NCBI GenBank assembly: GCA_963843975.1
Contig: CAWJMG010000003.1
Location: 1,740,001-1,772,000 of the forward strand
Reading direction: 5' to 3'
Length of the DNA stretch: 32,000 nucleotides
Source: an uncultured Actinomycetes bacterium
GTDB taxonomy: Bacteria > Actinomycetota > Actinomycetes > S36-B12 > CAIYMF01
Shown here: in pieces, positions 6,974 through 16,394 of the stretch
How the letters are laid out: the number at the start of each line of letters is the position of its first letter
Numbering within the stretch: position 1 is the stretch's first letter
The notes under the pieces: generated by a model
What the model saw: the letters and a program-made list of their open reading frames with translations, nothing else
Told to the model about the DNA's origin: nothing
The model's database searches: none
Program-made: the position numbers and the translations under genes

Positions 6974-8219
6974 TCAGACGAGGCGGATGCGCACGGGGCC
7001 GGCGTCAGCGCGGACGCCCTCGAGCACAGATGCGGGCACCCGGAGCACGCGACCGGGCACGGCCGGCCAGGGCAGCGTGCGGCGGGCGATCTCGCGGCCG
7101 TCCTGGTGCACCGCGATGCGCGGCGCGAGGCGCCGCTCGTCGGTCCAGAGCAGGATCCGGCGGCGCGCGGGCACGCCGTCGCCGGGGCGCACGAGGTTGG
7201 GCGCGACCCAGGTGAACGGCGGGTCGGCGACCAGGGGGACGCCGGGCGCGGGGGTCGACGCCGCTCCCCCGCCGAACCATCGGCGCACGGAGTCGGCGAC
7301 GTGGCGGCCGTCGAGAGCTGCGACGTCGGCGGTGTCGACGGGGTGCACCAGGTTGCCGACCGCGAAGACGCCGGGGTGCGACGTGCGCAGGCGTGCGTCG
7401 ACCTGCGGCCCGCGGGTGCCGGGGTCGAGCTCGATGCCGCCGAGGCGGGCGAGCTCGTGGTCGGGGATCCAGTCGCCGGTCGTCACGACGACGTCGCACG
7501 GCACGTGGCGGCGCAGCCCGGTGACGAGGTCCTGGACGTCGACGCCCTCCACGCGGTCGTGGCCGACGATGCGCACGACCCGCGTGCGGGTGGCGACGGG
7601 GACACGCAGGCCGACCGACGCGGGGACGCGCAGCGCGGCGTACGACTCGCCGTGGCTGCGCTCGGTCGTCATGAGCACCGTGCTGCACCCGGCCTCGCGC
7701 AAGGTGAGGACGGCGGACCAGCTGACGCAGCTCGGAACCGACGACGACGGCGCGCGTGCCGACCGCACGGTGCTGCAGGTGGACGAGGTGCTGCAGCAGG
7801 CCGGTGGTGAGGACGCCGGAGGGCCGGTCGCCGGCGATGAGGCGGGCCGTGCGCGGGCGCTCGCGCGCGCCGGTCGCGAGGACGACGGCGTCGGCCGAGA
7901 CGGTGACGCGTCCTTGAGGAGTGGTGACCTCGACCGTGCGCTCCCCCGCCCAGCCGGTGACCATCGCCTCGGTGCGGATCTCTGCGCCTGCGTTGCGGGC
8001 GGCGTCGACCAGGCGGCGCGCGTACTTCGGGCCCGTGGTGACGGTGCGCAGATCGCGGACGCCGTACCCGGTGTGGTCGCTGTGCCGCGGGATGCCGCCC
8101 GCTTCAGCCTCGCGGTCGAGGACGAGCACGCGGCACGCGGGCGAGAGCGCCGCAGCCGCCGAGAGCCCAGACGGACCGCCGCCGATCACGAGGACCTCGG
8201 TGCGCAGCCCGACGCTCAT
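6974..8219 (-). pseudogene. NAD(P)/FAD-dependent oxidoreductase (GlpB-like partner of the G3P dehydrogenase), interrupted by one extra base near 7727
   Basis: The N-terminus from ATG 8219 (VLVIGGGPSGLSAA) is in the frame of the 7005..11621 ORF. The C-terminus (VSWSAVLTLREAGC...GVFAVGN) is in the frame of 6974..7768. The junction reads ggt tcc gag ctg C gtc agc tgg. The length of 1246 nt is 3n+1. ATGA overlaps the upstream gene at 8216-8219. Confidence 0.8.
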
Positions 8220-9602
8220 GTCGTGCCGCGCACGTGCTCGTCGAGCAGCCGGGTGACCTCGGCGCCGCAGTAGAAGCCCTGGCAGCGGCCCATGAGCGCT
8301 CGGGTGCGGCGGCGCAGACCGTCGACGTCGGTCGGCGGAATGGTGCTGGCGAACGCGTCGCGCACCTCGCCGCGGGTGACGCGCTCGCAGAAGCAGACGA
8401 CCCGGCCGTACTCGGGGTCGGCCGCGATGCGCGCGTCGTCGGCGTACGGGCGCGGGAAGGCCTCGCCGACGTTGGGCATCCGCGGCGTGGGCGGCAGGTC
8501 CGTGCGCACTGACAGCACCAGGCCCGCCTCGCGCAGGAGTGCGACGACGTGCTCGGCCAGGGCCATCGACGCGGTGAGGCCGGTCGAGCGGATGCCGCCG
8601 AGGAGCACGTACCGCTGCGCGGCGTCGAGGTCGACGACGTAGTCGCTGTGCTCGGTCGCGGCGCGCAGGCCGGCGTACGTCGTGGTGACCTCCTCGTCGA
8701 GGAGCACCGGCATCAGGGCGCGGCCCTTCTCGAGGAGCGTGGCGAGGCCCGCCTCGGAGGTGGACGTGCCGGTGCGGTCGTCGAGGTCCTCGGCCGTGGG
8801 GCCGAGCATGACGTTGCCGTACACGGTCGGGCTGATGAGCACGCCCTTGCCGCGCGAGGACGGCACCGGCAGCACGATGCACGGAGCCAGCGGCCGCGCG
8901 AGCTTGTCGAACACGATGCAGCTCGCCGCGGCGCGGCACGACGGTGAAGCGGTCGTGGCCGAGCATGCGGTCGAGATGGTCGGCGCCAAGGCCGGCAGCG
9001 TTGACGACCCAGCGCGCGCTGATGTCGCCGCGGTCGGTGCGCAGCACCGTGCGGTCGTCGCCGACCTCGACCGCTGCGACCCGGTGGCGCAGAAGGAGAT
9101 GCGCACCGCGGTGCACGGCCTCGGTGGCGCAGGCGAGGGCCGCGGTCCACGAGCAGATGATCGACTCGTCGGGGATCGAGAGGCCGCCGAGCGCACCGGG
9201 CCCGAGAGCGGGTACGCGGAGGTAGACCTCGTCGGCGTCGACGATCTCGCCGTGGTCGTAGCCGTTGTCGCGCGCCTTGGCGAGCAGCTTCGGCAGCGCC
9301 GCGAGCTCCTCGTCCGTCCACGCGACGAGCAGCGCGCCGACGCGCTCGACCGGCACGCCCGCGGGCCCGGCGTACTCCGACAGCAGCTCGTAGCCGCGAC
9401 GGACGAGCCGGCTCTCGAGCGAGCCGGGGGTGGCGTCGAAGCCGGTGTGCAGGATCGCGGTGTTGGCCTTGCTGGTGGCGTCGCCGACGTCGCCCTTGGC
9501 CTCGATGAGCGCGACCGTCAGGTCGTATCCGCTGAGCTCGCGCGCGACCGCACAGCCGACGATGCCGCCGCCGACGACCGCGACGTCCACCTCGAGGGTC
9601 AC
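8216..9602 (-). pseudogene. FAD-dependent glycerol-3-phosphate dehydrogenase-like oxidoreductase with a C-terminal BFD-like [2Fe-2S] domain, interrupted by one extra base near 8918
   Basis: GTG at 9602 overlaps the glpK stop (GTGA). The N-terminus is VAVVGGGIVGCAVAREL. The junction reads cgc ggc gag ctg C atc gtg ttc (RRGEL|IVFDK). The C-terminus CFCERVTRGEV...GRCQGFYCG is BFD-like. The length of 1387 nt is 3n+1. Confidence 0.8.
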
Positions 9603-11027
9603 GACTGATCCTGACCCAGGCCCGCGTCCACCGCATGCCGCCAACGGGCGAGGTGATCGCGCGCACGGTCGGTCGACCACGTCGGCTCGTACGTGCGGGA
9701 CGGCGTCCAGCCTCCGACGACGTCGGCGACCGACGCGGCCGGCTCGAGACCGATGCGCGCTGCGGCAGCGACGCCGAGCGCGGTGGCGTCTGCGCTCGGG
9801 TAGACCTCGACGGGTACCTGGGCCAGATCGGCCTGCGCCTGCATGAGGAACTCCGACCGGGTGAGGCCGCCGTCGACGCGCAGCCGCGGCACCGCGTGGC
9901 CGACGTCGCCCTCGACGACGCCGAGCAGGTCGACCACCTGCGCCGCGATGCCGCGCAGCACACCCGCGACGAGGTCGGCACGTGTGCTCGCGAGGTTGAG
10001 GCCGGTGAACGACGCCGTGGCGTCGGCCCGCCACCAGGGAGCAGCGAGGCCGGCCAGCGCGGGGACGAACAGGACGGCGTCGCTGTCGGACCCGGCGGTC
10101 GCGGCGTCGACGGCGTCGGCGCGGTCGAGGAGGCCGAGGTCGACGAGCCAGCGCACGGCGGAGGCGGCGGTGTAGACCTGCCCGTCGAGGCAGTACGTCG
10201 TCTCGCCCCGCAGCCTCGCCGCGACCGAGGTGGTGAGGCCGGCGTGGCTCCGCGGTGCCGTTGCTCCGGTGGCCGTGAGCAGGAACGCGCCGGTGCCGAA
10301 CGTGCACTTCGTCTCGCCGAGGTCGCGGCAGTCCTGCGCGAGCAGCGCCGCCTGCTGGTCGACCATGAGCCCGACGACCGGCACCTCGCCGCCGAACGCG
10401 GTCGTCGTCCCGATCACCTCGTCGCACGCGACGAGCCGCGGCATCCGCTCGCCCTCGAGGCCGAAGAGGCTCGAGGAGGTCGCTCGACCACGTGACGCTG
10501 TCGATGTCCAGGACGAGCGACCGGCTGGCGGTGGTGACGTCGGTGACGTACTCACCCGTGAGGCGGTGCAGCAGCCACGAGTCGGTGGTCGTCACGACTC
10601 CGTCGCGGGTGAGGTGCTCGCGGATCCACGCCATCTTCGGCGCGGAGAAGTACGGGTCGAGGACGAGCCCTGTCGTGCGCGCGATCGCGTCGGAGTGGTC
10701 GCGGAGCCGCGCGCACACGCTCTCCGCACGGCCGTCCTGCCACACGAGCGCGACGGTCAGCGGCTCACCCGTGGCGGGGTCCCACGCGAGCACGGTCTCG
10801 CCCTGGTTGGCGAGGGCCACCGCGTCGATCCCTGTGCCGGCCTGGTCGACCGCGCGGCGACCTGCCTCGAGCACCGAGTCGAGCAGCGCGCGAGGGTCCT
10901 GCTCGACCCGCCCGTCGGGGAGGTACGACGGCCGCACCGCGACCTCGGCCGAGGCAAGCACAACTCCGTCCTCGACGACGAGGGCCTTGGTGCCCGACGT
11001 CCCCTGGTCGAGGGCGAGCACCCGCAC
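9599..11027 (-). pseudogene. glpK: Glycerol kinase (FGGY family), interrupted by one extra base near 10469
   Basis: GTG at 11027 has GAGAGGGG upstream. The product is collinear with E. coli GlpK as I recall it (LALDQGTSGTK, NQGETVLAW, DPYFSAPK, MVDQQAALL, CTFGTGAF, VDGGLTRSEFLMQ). The junction reads gac ctc ctc gag C ctc ttc ggc (DLLE|LFGLE). The length of 1429 nt is 3n+1. Confidence 0.85.
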
Positions 11028-11174
11028 GAGCTGCCCCTCTCGACGCCCCGACCGTTGACGCCGCGAGTGTTCCACAGGCTCTCGGGGCCGGCCCTCCAAC
11101 CTCCAGACGGAGACGCGGGTACCACGCCGAGATATCTCCAGCGCGGCGGCCACGTATCCGGAACTATCGCTCGG

Positions 11175-11447
11175 GTGGACTCGCTGACCGCGTGGGACTG
11201 GATCCTGATCTGCGTGGCACCGATCGCCTTCTTCACCTACGCGTCCTGGTCTCAGCCGGACCTGGCCCTGTGGGCGCGGCTCATCCCGTCGCTGGGGTGG
11301 GTCACCCTGATGACAGCCGTGCTGATCGAGGGCCCTCTGTGGCTGGTCGTCGCGGGGATGGTGACGCTGCCGATCGGAGTCCTGATGTTCCGTTGGGCTC
11401 GGGATGGCGGAGGCCCGGAGTGGTTCCACCGAAAGGTTCGCCAGTGA
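11175..11447 (+). CDS. Small hypothetical membrane protein (about 90 aa, 3 TM)
   Basis: GTG at 11175 lies in the frame of the 10230..11447 ORF. There is strong G/C3 bias and three hydrophobic segments (WILICVAPIAFF, LGWVTLMTAVLI, LWLVVAGMVTLPIGVL). It is divergent from glpK. The start is uncertain. Confidence 0.5.
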   Translation: MDSLTAWDWILICVAPIAFFTYASWSQPDLALWARLIPSLGWVTLMTAVLIEGPLWLVVAGMVTLPIGVLMFRWARDGGGPEWFHRKVRQ

Positions 11448-11578
11448 ACCGGCGGCGCGCAGATGTGCCGATCGCGATCGCATCGGGCAGTCGGGATTCG
11501 GGCCGTGACTGTCCACAGGTTGTGGACGTCGGATCGCTGGAAGTCGTTGGGATTGCTCGGGTTTCAGCGTTGTCGGGG

Positions 11579-11607
11579 TTGCGGATTGATTCATACACAT
11601 GTACGAT
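11579..11607 (+). promoter_or_regulatory. Possible promoter giving a leaderless DUF222/HNH transcript
   Basis: TTGCGG (11579-11584), a 17-nt spacer, then TACGAT (11602-11607), then 6 nt to ATG 11614. The region is lower in GC. By-eye match only. Confidence 0.3.
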
Positions 11608-11613
11608 GCTGGC

Positions 11614-13224
11614 ATGCCCACTCACGACGCCACGCCGCAGGTCTGCGACCTGTCGGGTGCGTCGCTGGGCGAGGTCGCCGGGTTCCTCGACGCGTGCGCG
11701 CACCGCATCGGTGAGCTGGTGGAGTCGGGTGCGCATCGTGAGCTGGACGGTGCTTCGCAGGTCGGCCTGGTCCGTGAGCTGAACCGTGCGGCGGGTGTGG
11801 CCGAGGCTGCGCAGGCGGTGGTCGGCCTGGCGTCGCACCGGTCCGGGGAGCTGCGGCAGGAGGGCTACTTCTCGGTCAAGGGCCTGCTGGCCGACGGGGT
11901 GGGGGTGTCGGGGGCGCAGGGGTCGCGGGTGTCCAAGCTCGGCACCGCGATGGAGCGCTACCCGCTCATCCGCCTCGGAGTCCTGGCCGGGCGGATCAAC
12001 CCCGACTCTGCCCGGGCCGCGTGCGAGGGCATCAACTCCGCGACCTCGGACCTGCGCGGCACGGCCAGGCAGGAAGCCCGCGACCTCGGCGAGGCGATCA
12101 TGGTCGGGGTGTGCGAGACCGCCACCACCACCGAGGTGGAGAAGACCGCCGCCGCGTTGATCTTCCGCCTCGACCCCGAGTCCGCCGCCCGCCGCGCCCT
12201 CGAAGCACTCGAGAAGCGGCACGTGAAGGTCGGCACCATCGGCGAGACCGCCGTCGTCCGGATGGTGCTCGATGCCTGGACCGGGGCGCAGCTGGTCACC
12301 CTGCTGGAGACCAAGGTCGACGAGTGGTTCCGCACCGGGTCGCTGCCCGAGCATCTGCAGCCCACCGGCGACGACGACGAAGACACCCGCCGCCGCACCC
12401 TCGAACGGCCACGGCTGCTGGCCGAGGCGTTCGCCGAGCTCATCGAGGAGATGCTCGGCCTGGCCGGCACCCGCGGCGGGTCCCCGGTCAACGTGACCTT
12501 CCTCGGCTCGGGCGACGTCCACGCCGACGGCGGCGCCGCGGAGATCCTCGTCCCCGGCCGTGAAGCCGCCCCCGTGCCGGCGGAGACGCTCGAGCGCGCG
12601 ATGTGCGAGGCCGAGGTCACCGACATCCACATCGTCGGCCTCGTCCCCGACCGGTCATCCCTCGGGCAGATCGCCCGCAACGACCGTCGCGTCCGCGAAG
12701 CAGCCCGGTGGGTGCACCCCGGCGACCTCCTCGGCCACGACCACGACCACCACGACACCGACGACGCCAGCCACGCTGACGACGCCGCTCGTGACCACGC
12801 CGGCGATCCGCACGACCTCACCGGGCAGTGCGCGCACGTCCACTGCGTCGCCCGCCGCCACCGCTTCGCCACCCGCGACCAACGCGCCGCCCTCGCAGCC
12901 CGCGACCGGCACTGCCGGTTCCCCGGCTGCCGCGTCGACCCGTCGCGCTGCCGCGCCCACCACGTCCGCACCTGGACCCAAGGCGGCGCGACCTGCCTGT
13001 CGAACCTGGTGCTCCTGTGCCCACGGCACCACGCCCTGGTCCACGAGCTGCGCTGGACCATCCACCCCGACGACACCCTCGACCCCGGCCACCCCGACCG
13101 CTGGCGCTTCGTACCCCCGAAGCATGGCTACGTCGGCAAAGACGGCGCCCTCCTCGCCGAACGCATCAGACGAGGACAACCACCCGAACCACCCGGCTCA
13201 CCACCCAGACACGCCGCCGCCTGA
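11614..13224 (+). CDS. DUF222 + HNH endonuclease protein (REP13E12-type)
   Basis: 536-541 aa; ATG at 11599 is the alternative start. The long helical N-terminal region is DUF222-like. The C-terminal HNH motif is CRFPGCRVDPSRCRAHHVRTWTQGGATCLSNLVLLCPRHHALVHE. Confidence 0.85.
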   Translation: MPTHDATPQVCDLSGASLGEVAGFLDACAHRIGELVESGAHRELDGASQVGLVRELNRAAGVAEAAQAVVGLASHRSGELRQEGYFSVKGLLADGVGVSGAQGSRVSKLGTAMERYPLIRLGVLAGRINPDSARAACEGINSATSDLRGTARQEARDLGEAIMVGVCETATTTEVEKTAAALIFRLDPESAARRALEALEKRHVKVGTIGETAVVRMVLDAWTGAQLVTLLETKVDEWFRTGSLPEHLQPTGDDDEDTRRRTLERPRLLAEAFAELIEEMLGLAGTRGGSPVNVTFLGSGDVHADGGAAEILVPGREAAPVPAETLERAMCEAEVTDIHIVGLVPDRSSLGQIARNDRRVREAARWVHPGDLLGHDHDHHDTDDASHADDAARDHAGDPHDLTGQCAHVHCVARRHRFATRDQRAALAARDRHCRFPGCRVDPSRCRAHHVRTWTQGGATCLSNLVLLCPRHHALVHELRWTIHPDDTLDPGHPDRWRFVPPKHGYVGKDGALLAERIRRGQPPEPPGSPPRHAAA

Positions 13225-13327
13225 CCGACCCCACCCTCCGACCGCCTCGACCCGACGCCACACCAGGCGCTCGGGTCACAGGCATGTCCACCGGCAGAGT
13301 GACGCGAGCGGGCGCGATACTCCGGAC

Positions 13328-13807
13328 ATGACTGCCACAGCCGCTGCTTCAAACCCGACGTACACCCCGGGCCGGGCGCCGATCGACGGGACCGCCCGGA
13401 CCCTCGTGCTGGTGGGCCTCGTGATCGGGGCGGCGCTCGACATCGCCTACTGGGCGCTGTGGTTCACCGCGCGCGATGTCGTCGCCAGCGAGACGACCGA
13501 GGCCTACTACCAGTTCGAGCAGGCGTTCCCGCTCGCCGACCTGTGGCTGCTCGTCCTCATCGTCGGCGCCTTCGTCACGGTTCTGCAGCGACGACCGTCC
13601 GCACTGTTCTGGCTGCTCGTCGGCGGCGGTGCCGGCATCTACCTCGGCTGCATGGACGTGCTGTACGACGTCGAGCACAGCATCTTCACCAGCGGCGGAG
13701 GCGGCGCGATCGAGGCGGTCATCGTGACCGCGACGTTCGTCCTCAGCATCAGCCTGCTGCGCTGGTCGTGGCGGAGGCGCCACACCCTCCTCGCGCTCGA
13801 GGCCTGA
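13328..13807 (+). CDS. Hypothetical 4-TM membrane protein
   Basis: ATG at 13328 lies in the frame of the 12560..13807 ORF. There are four hydrophobic helices and strong G/C3 bias. No family recognised. Confidence 0.6.
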   Translation: MTATAAASNPTYTPGRAPIDGTARTLVLVGLVIGAALDIAYWALWFTARDVVASETTEAYYQFEQAFPLADLWLLVLIVGAFVTVLQRRPSALFWLLVGGGAGIYLGCMDVLYDVEHSIFTSGGGGAIEAVIVTATFVLSISLLRWSWRRRHTLLALEA

Positions 13808-13815
13808 CCCAAGGG

Positions 13816-14235
13816 TCAGTGCAGGAGGACGTCGTCCGGGCCGGGGCCGTACTCGTTCTGCAGGCGCTTGGACGGCTGCACGGTCAGCACCAGCAGCCAG
13901 ATGCCGCCGATGAACGGCACGAACTGCACGAAGTAGAAGGCACCCGAGTAGCCGGCGTCGTGCAATCGCCGGACGCAGACCGAGATGGACGCCGGCAGCG
14001 ACACCAGCACGGCGATCAGGAGGGCCACGCCGCTCCAGCCGCGCCAGGCGTCGATCGCGAACCCGAGCACGAAGAAGAGTGCGAGGAACAGCTGGAACCA
14101 CCAGAACTCCGAGCGGCTCGAGCGCCCGCGCGTCTGGAACGAGCCGCGCACCGCGCGCGTCAGCGCCTCGAACGGCCCGACCTTCATGGGCACGCCGATC
14201 GCGCCGCTCTCCAACGACCCGGCCCACTGGCTCAT
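13816..14235 (-). CDS. DUF805 (YhaH/YhaI-like) inner-membrane protein
   Basis: ATG at 14235 has GGGGGAG upstream. The motifs GRSSRSEFWWFQLF and RRLHDAGYSG are DUF805 hallmarks. The gene starts 10 nt after the pentapeptide gene stop. Confidence 0.7.
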   Translation of the reverse strand: MSQWAGSLESGAIGVPMKVGPFEALTRAVRGSFQTRGRSSRSEFWWFQLFLALFFVLGFAIDAWRGWSGVALLIAVLVSLPASISVCVRRLHDAGYSGAFYFVQFVPFIGGIWLLVLTVQPSKRLQNEYGPGPDDVLLH

Positions 14236-14245
14236 CCGCTCCCCC

Positions 14246-14860
14246 TCATTCGTCGACGACGTCAAGCCCGAGCGACGTCGCCACCTGCACAGCCTGCTGC
14301 CACAGCACCCGTGCACCGGCCAGCGACACGACCGACGGGTCGAGCGTGGCGAGGTCGGAGCCGCGCAGGTCGGCACGCGAGAGGTCCGCGTTGTGCAGCC
14401 ACGCGCCGGTCAGGTCGCAGTCGCGCAGCGTCGCGCCGGCCGCCTTCACGCCCGTGAGGTCGGCCTCGCGCAGCCGTGCGCCGGTGAAGGCTGCCTTGCC
14501 GAGGTCCGCGCAGGCGAGGCCGACCAACGACCAGTCGCCGCCCTCGACCGTGAACGAGGTGAACGTGCAGCGGTCGAACCACGAGCCGGTCATCTTGCAG
14601 CCCTCGAACCGCGCGTCGAAGAACGACGACTGCACGAACGCGCAGTTCAGGAACGCCGACCCGGTGTGACGGGAGGCGTTGAACCGGACGTCGCGGAACA
14701 CGCAGCCGGTGAACGTCGAGCCGGTGCTCACGAGCTCGGTCATGTCGACCTCGCGGAACAGCACGCCGTCGTAGGTGTCGCCGCTGAGCGTGCGCCCGTC
14801 CCAGTCCTCGCCGTCCACCTCGTCGGTGGTCGGCGGCAGCGGGCGCGCCTCTCGTGCCAT
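14246..14860 (-). CDS. Pentapeptide-repeat protein (MfpA/Qnr-like)
   Basis: 204-aa ORF made of A(D/N)LxX-type pentapeptide repeats (ADLTGVKAAGATLRDCDLTGAWLHNADLSRADLRGSDL). Confidence 0.85.
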   Translation of the reverse strand: MAREARPLPPTTDEVDGEDWDGRTLSGDTYDGVLFREVDMTELVSTGSTFTGCVFRDVRFNASRHTGSAFLNCAFVQSSFFDARFEGCKMTGSWFDRCTFTSFTVEGGDWSLVGLACADLGKAAFTGARLREADLTGVKAAGATLRDCDLTGAWLHNADLSRADLRGSDLATLDPSVVSLAGARVLWQQAVQVATSLGLDVVDE

Positions 14861-15166
14861 GCGACGAACCTATCGACCGATCCGCGCACGTGCGAAGGCT
14901 TCGCAGGCGTGGGATGCGCGCCGGGCGAGGTCATGATCGAATGCGCGCATGTCGGACGACCTGCGCCTCGTGAAGCGACGCGTCGTCGACCTCATGCGGG
15001 TGGTCTCCACCGCCTGTCGGCCCTGAGCCCACGCCCGCCCGGCCGACCTGCCGTCGATCTGCGACGGCGCGACCGCGCTCGTCCCTGAGCCGTCGCTGCA
15101 CCTCCCCCTGCACTGCACCGCGCGGCGTCGCCGTGCCGTCTTCCGCCCCACCCGAGAGGAATCCCC

Positions 15167-15745
15167 ATGTCCGTCCTGCCCGAGGTCCTCGCCGCGAACG
15201 AGGCCTACGCCGCCGAGTTCGGCGCGAAGTCCGAGCTCGCCCTGCCGCCCGCCCGACAGTTCGCGATCCTCACCTGCATGGACGCGCGCCTCGACCCGGC
15301 GAAGTACGCCGGACTCGCCGAGGGCGACGCGCACGTGATCCGCAACGCCGGCGGTCGCGCGAGCGACGACGCGATCCGCTCGCTCGTCATCAGCTACAAG
15401 CTCCTCGGCACGAAGGAGTGGTTCGTCGTCCACCACTCCAACTGCGGCATGGAGTTCTTCACCAACGACGTCATGACGGGCCTGCTCGCCAACAGCCTCG
15501 AGACCGCTGCACTGGGCGCCGACGGGTTCTACGACGTCGGCACCGGCCCGGGCTCGCCCGAGGGCCAGTTCATCAACTTCCTCACGATTACCGACCAGGC
15601 GACGAGCGTCACCGACGACGTGCGCCGCATCCGCAACCACCCGCTCGTCCCGGCCGGCATCCCGATCTACGGCTACATCTACGACGTGACGTCGGGCCGC
15701 CTCGTCGAGGTGCCCACGGCCACCGAGGCCGGCAAGGCCTCCTGA
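15167..15745 (+). CDS. Beta-class carbonic anhydrase
   Basis: CMDARLD (CxDxR) and HHSNCGM (HxxC) zinc-ligand motifs. GAGAGGAA lies upstream of the ATG. Confidence 0.85.
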   Translation: MSVLPEVLAANEAYAAEFGAKSELALPPARQFAILTCMDARLDPAKYAGLAEGDAHVIRNAGGRASDDAIRSLVISYKLLGTKEWFVVHHSNCGMEFFTNDVMTGLLANSLETAALGADGFYDVGTGPGSPEGQFINFLTITDQATSVTDDVRRIRNHPLVPAGIPIYGYIYDVTSGRLVEVPTATEAGKAS

Positions 15746-15749
15746 CCGC

Positions 15750-16390
<641 letters not shown>

Positions 16391-16394
<4 letters not shown>

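Noticed and set aside
11129-11138. AT-rich palindrome GAGATATCTC between glpK and the divergent small membrane gene, as a possible GlpR-type operator
   Set aside because: It is a single 10-bp palindrome with no second copy and no regulator gene in the window. I cannot tell it from a chance or promoter -10-like element.
7005-11621. 1538-aa minus-strand ORF, the longest in the window
   Set aside because: It is a composite. It contains the upstream halves of glpK, the GlpA-like gene and the GlpB-like gene in their true frame. These are joined by stretches read one base out of frame, which are Arg/Pro/Ala-rich. That frame starts on the near-invariant G/C third position, so stops are rare. It is not a real giant protein.
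11510-13294. TGTCCACAGG (11510-11519) and TGTCCACCGG (13285-13294) flanking the HNH gene, as possible insertion-site direct repeats
   Set aside because: This is a 9/10 match between two short flanks. By rough count, about one such match is expected by chance in windows of this size. There are no terminal inverted repeats or other boundary evidence.
14949-15026. 25-codon ORF (MSDDLRLVKRRVVDLMRVVSTACRP) with high G/C3 in the 306-nt gap upstream of the carbonic anhydrase gene
   Set aside because: It has no Shine-Dalgarno sequence and no recognisable family, and it is too short to tell from chance in this composition. It is worth a look only if Ribo-seq or conservation supports it.
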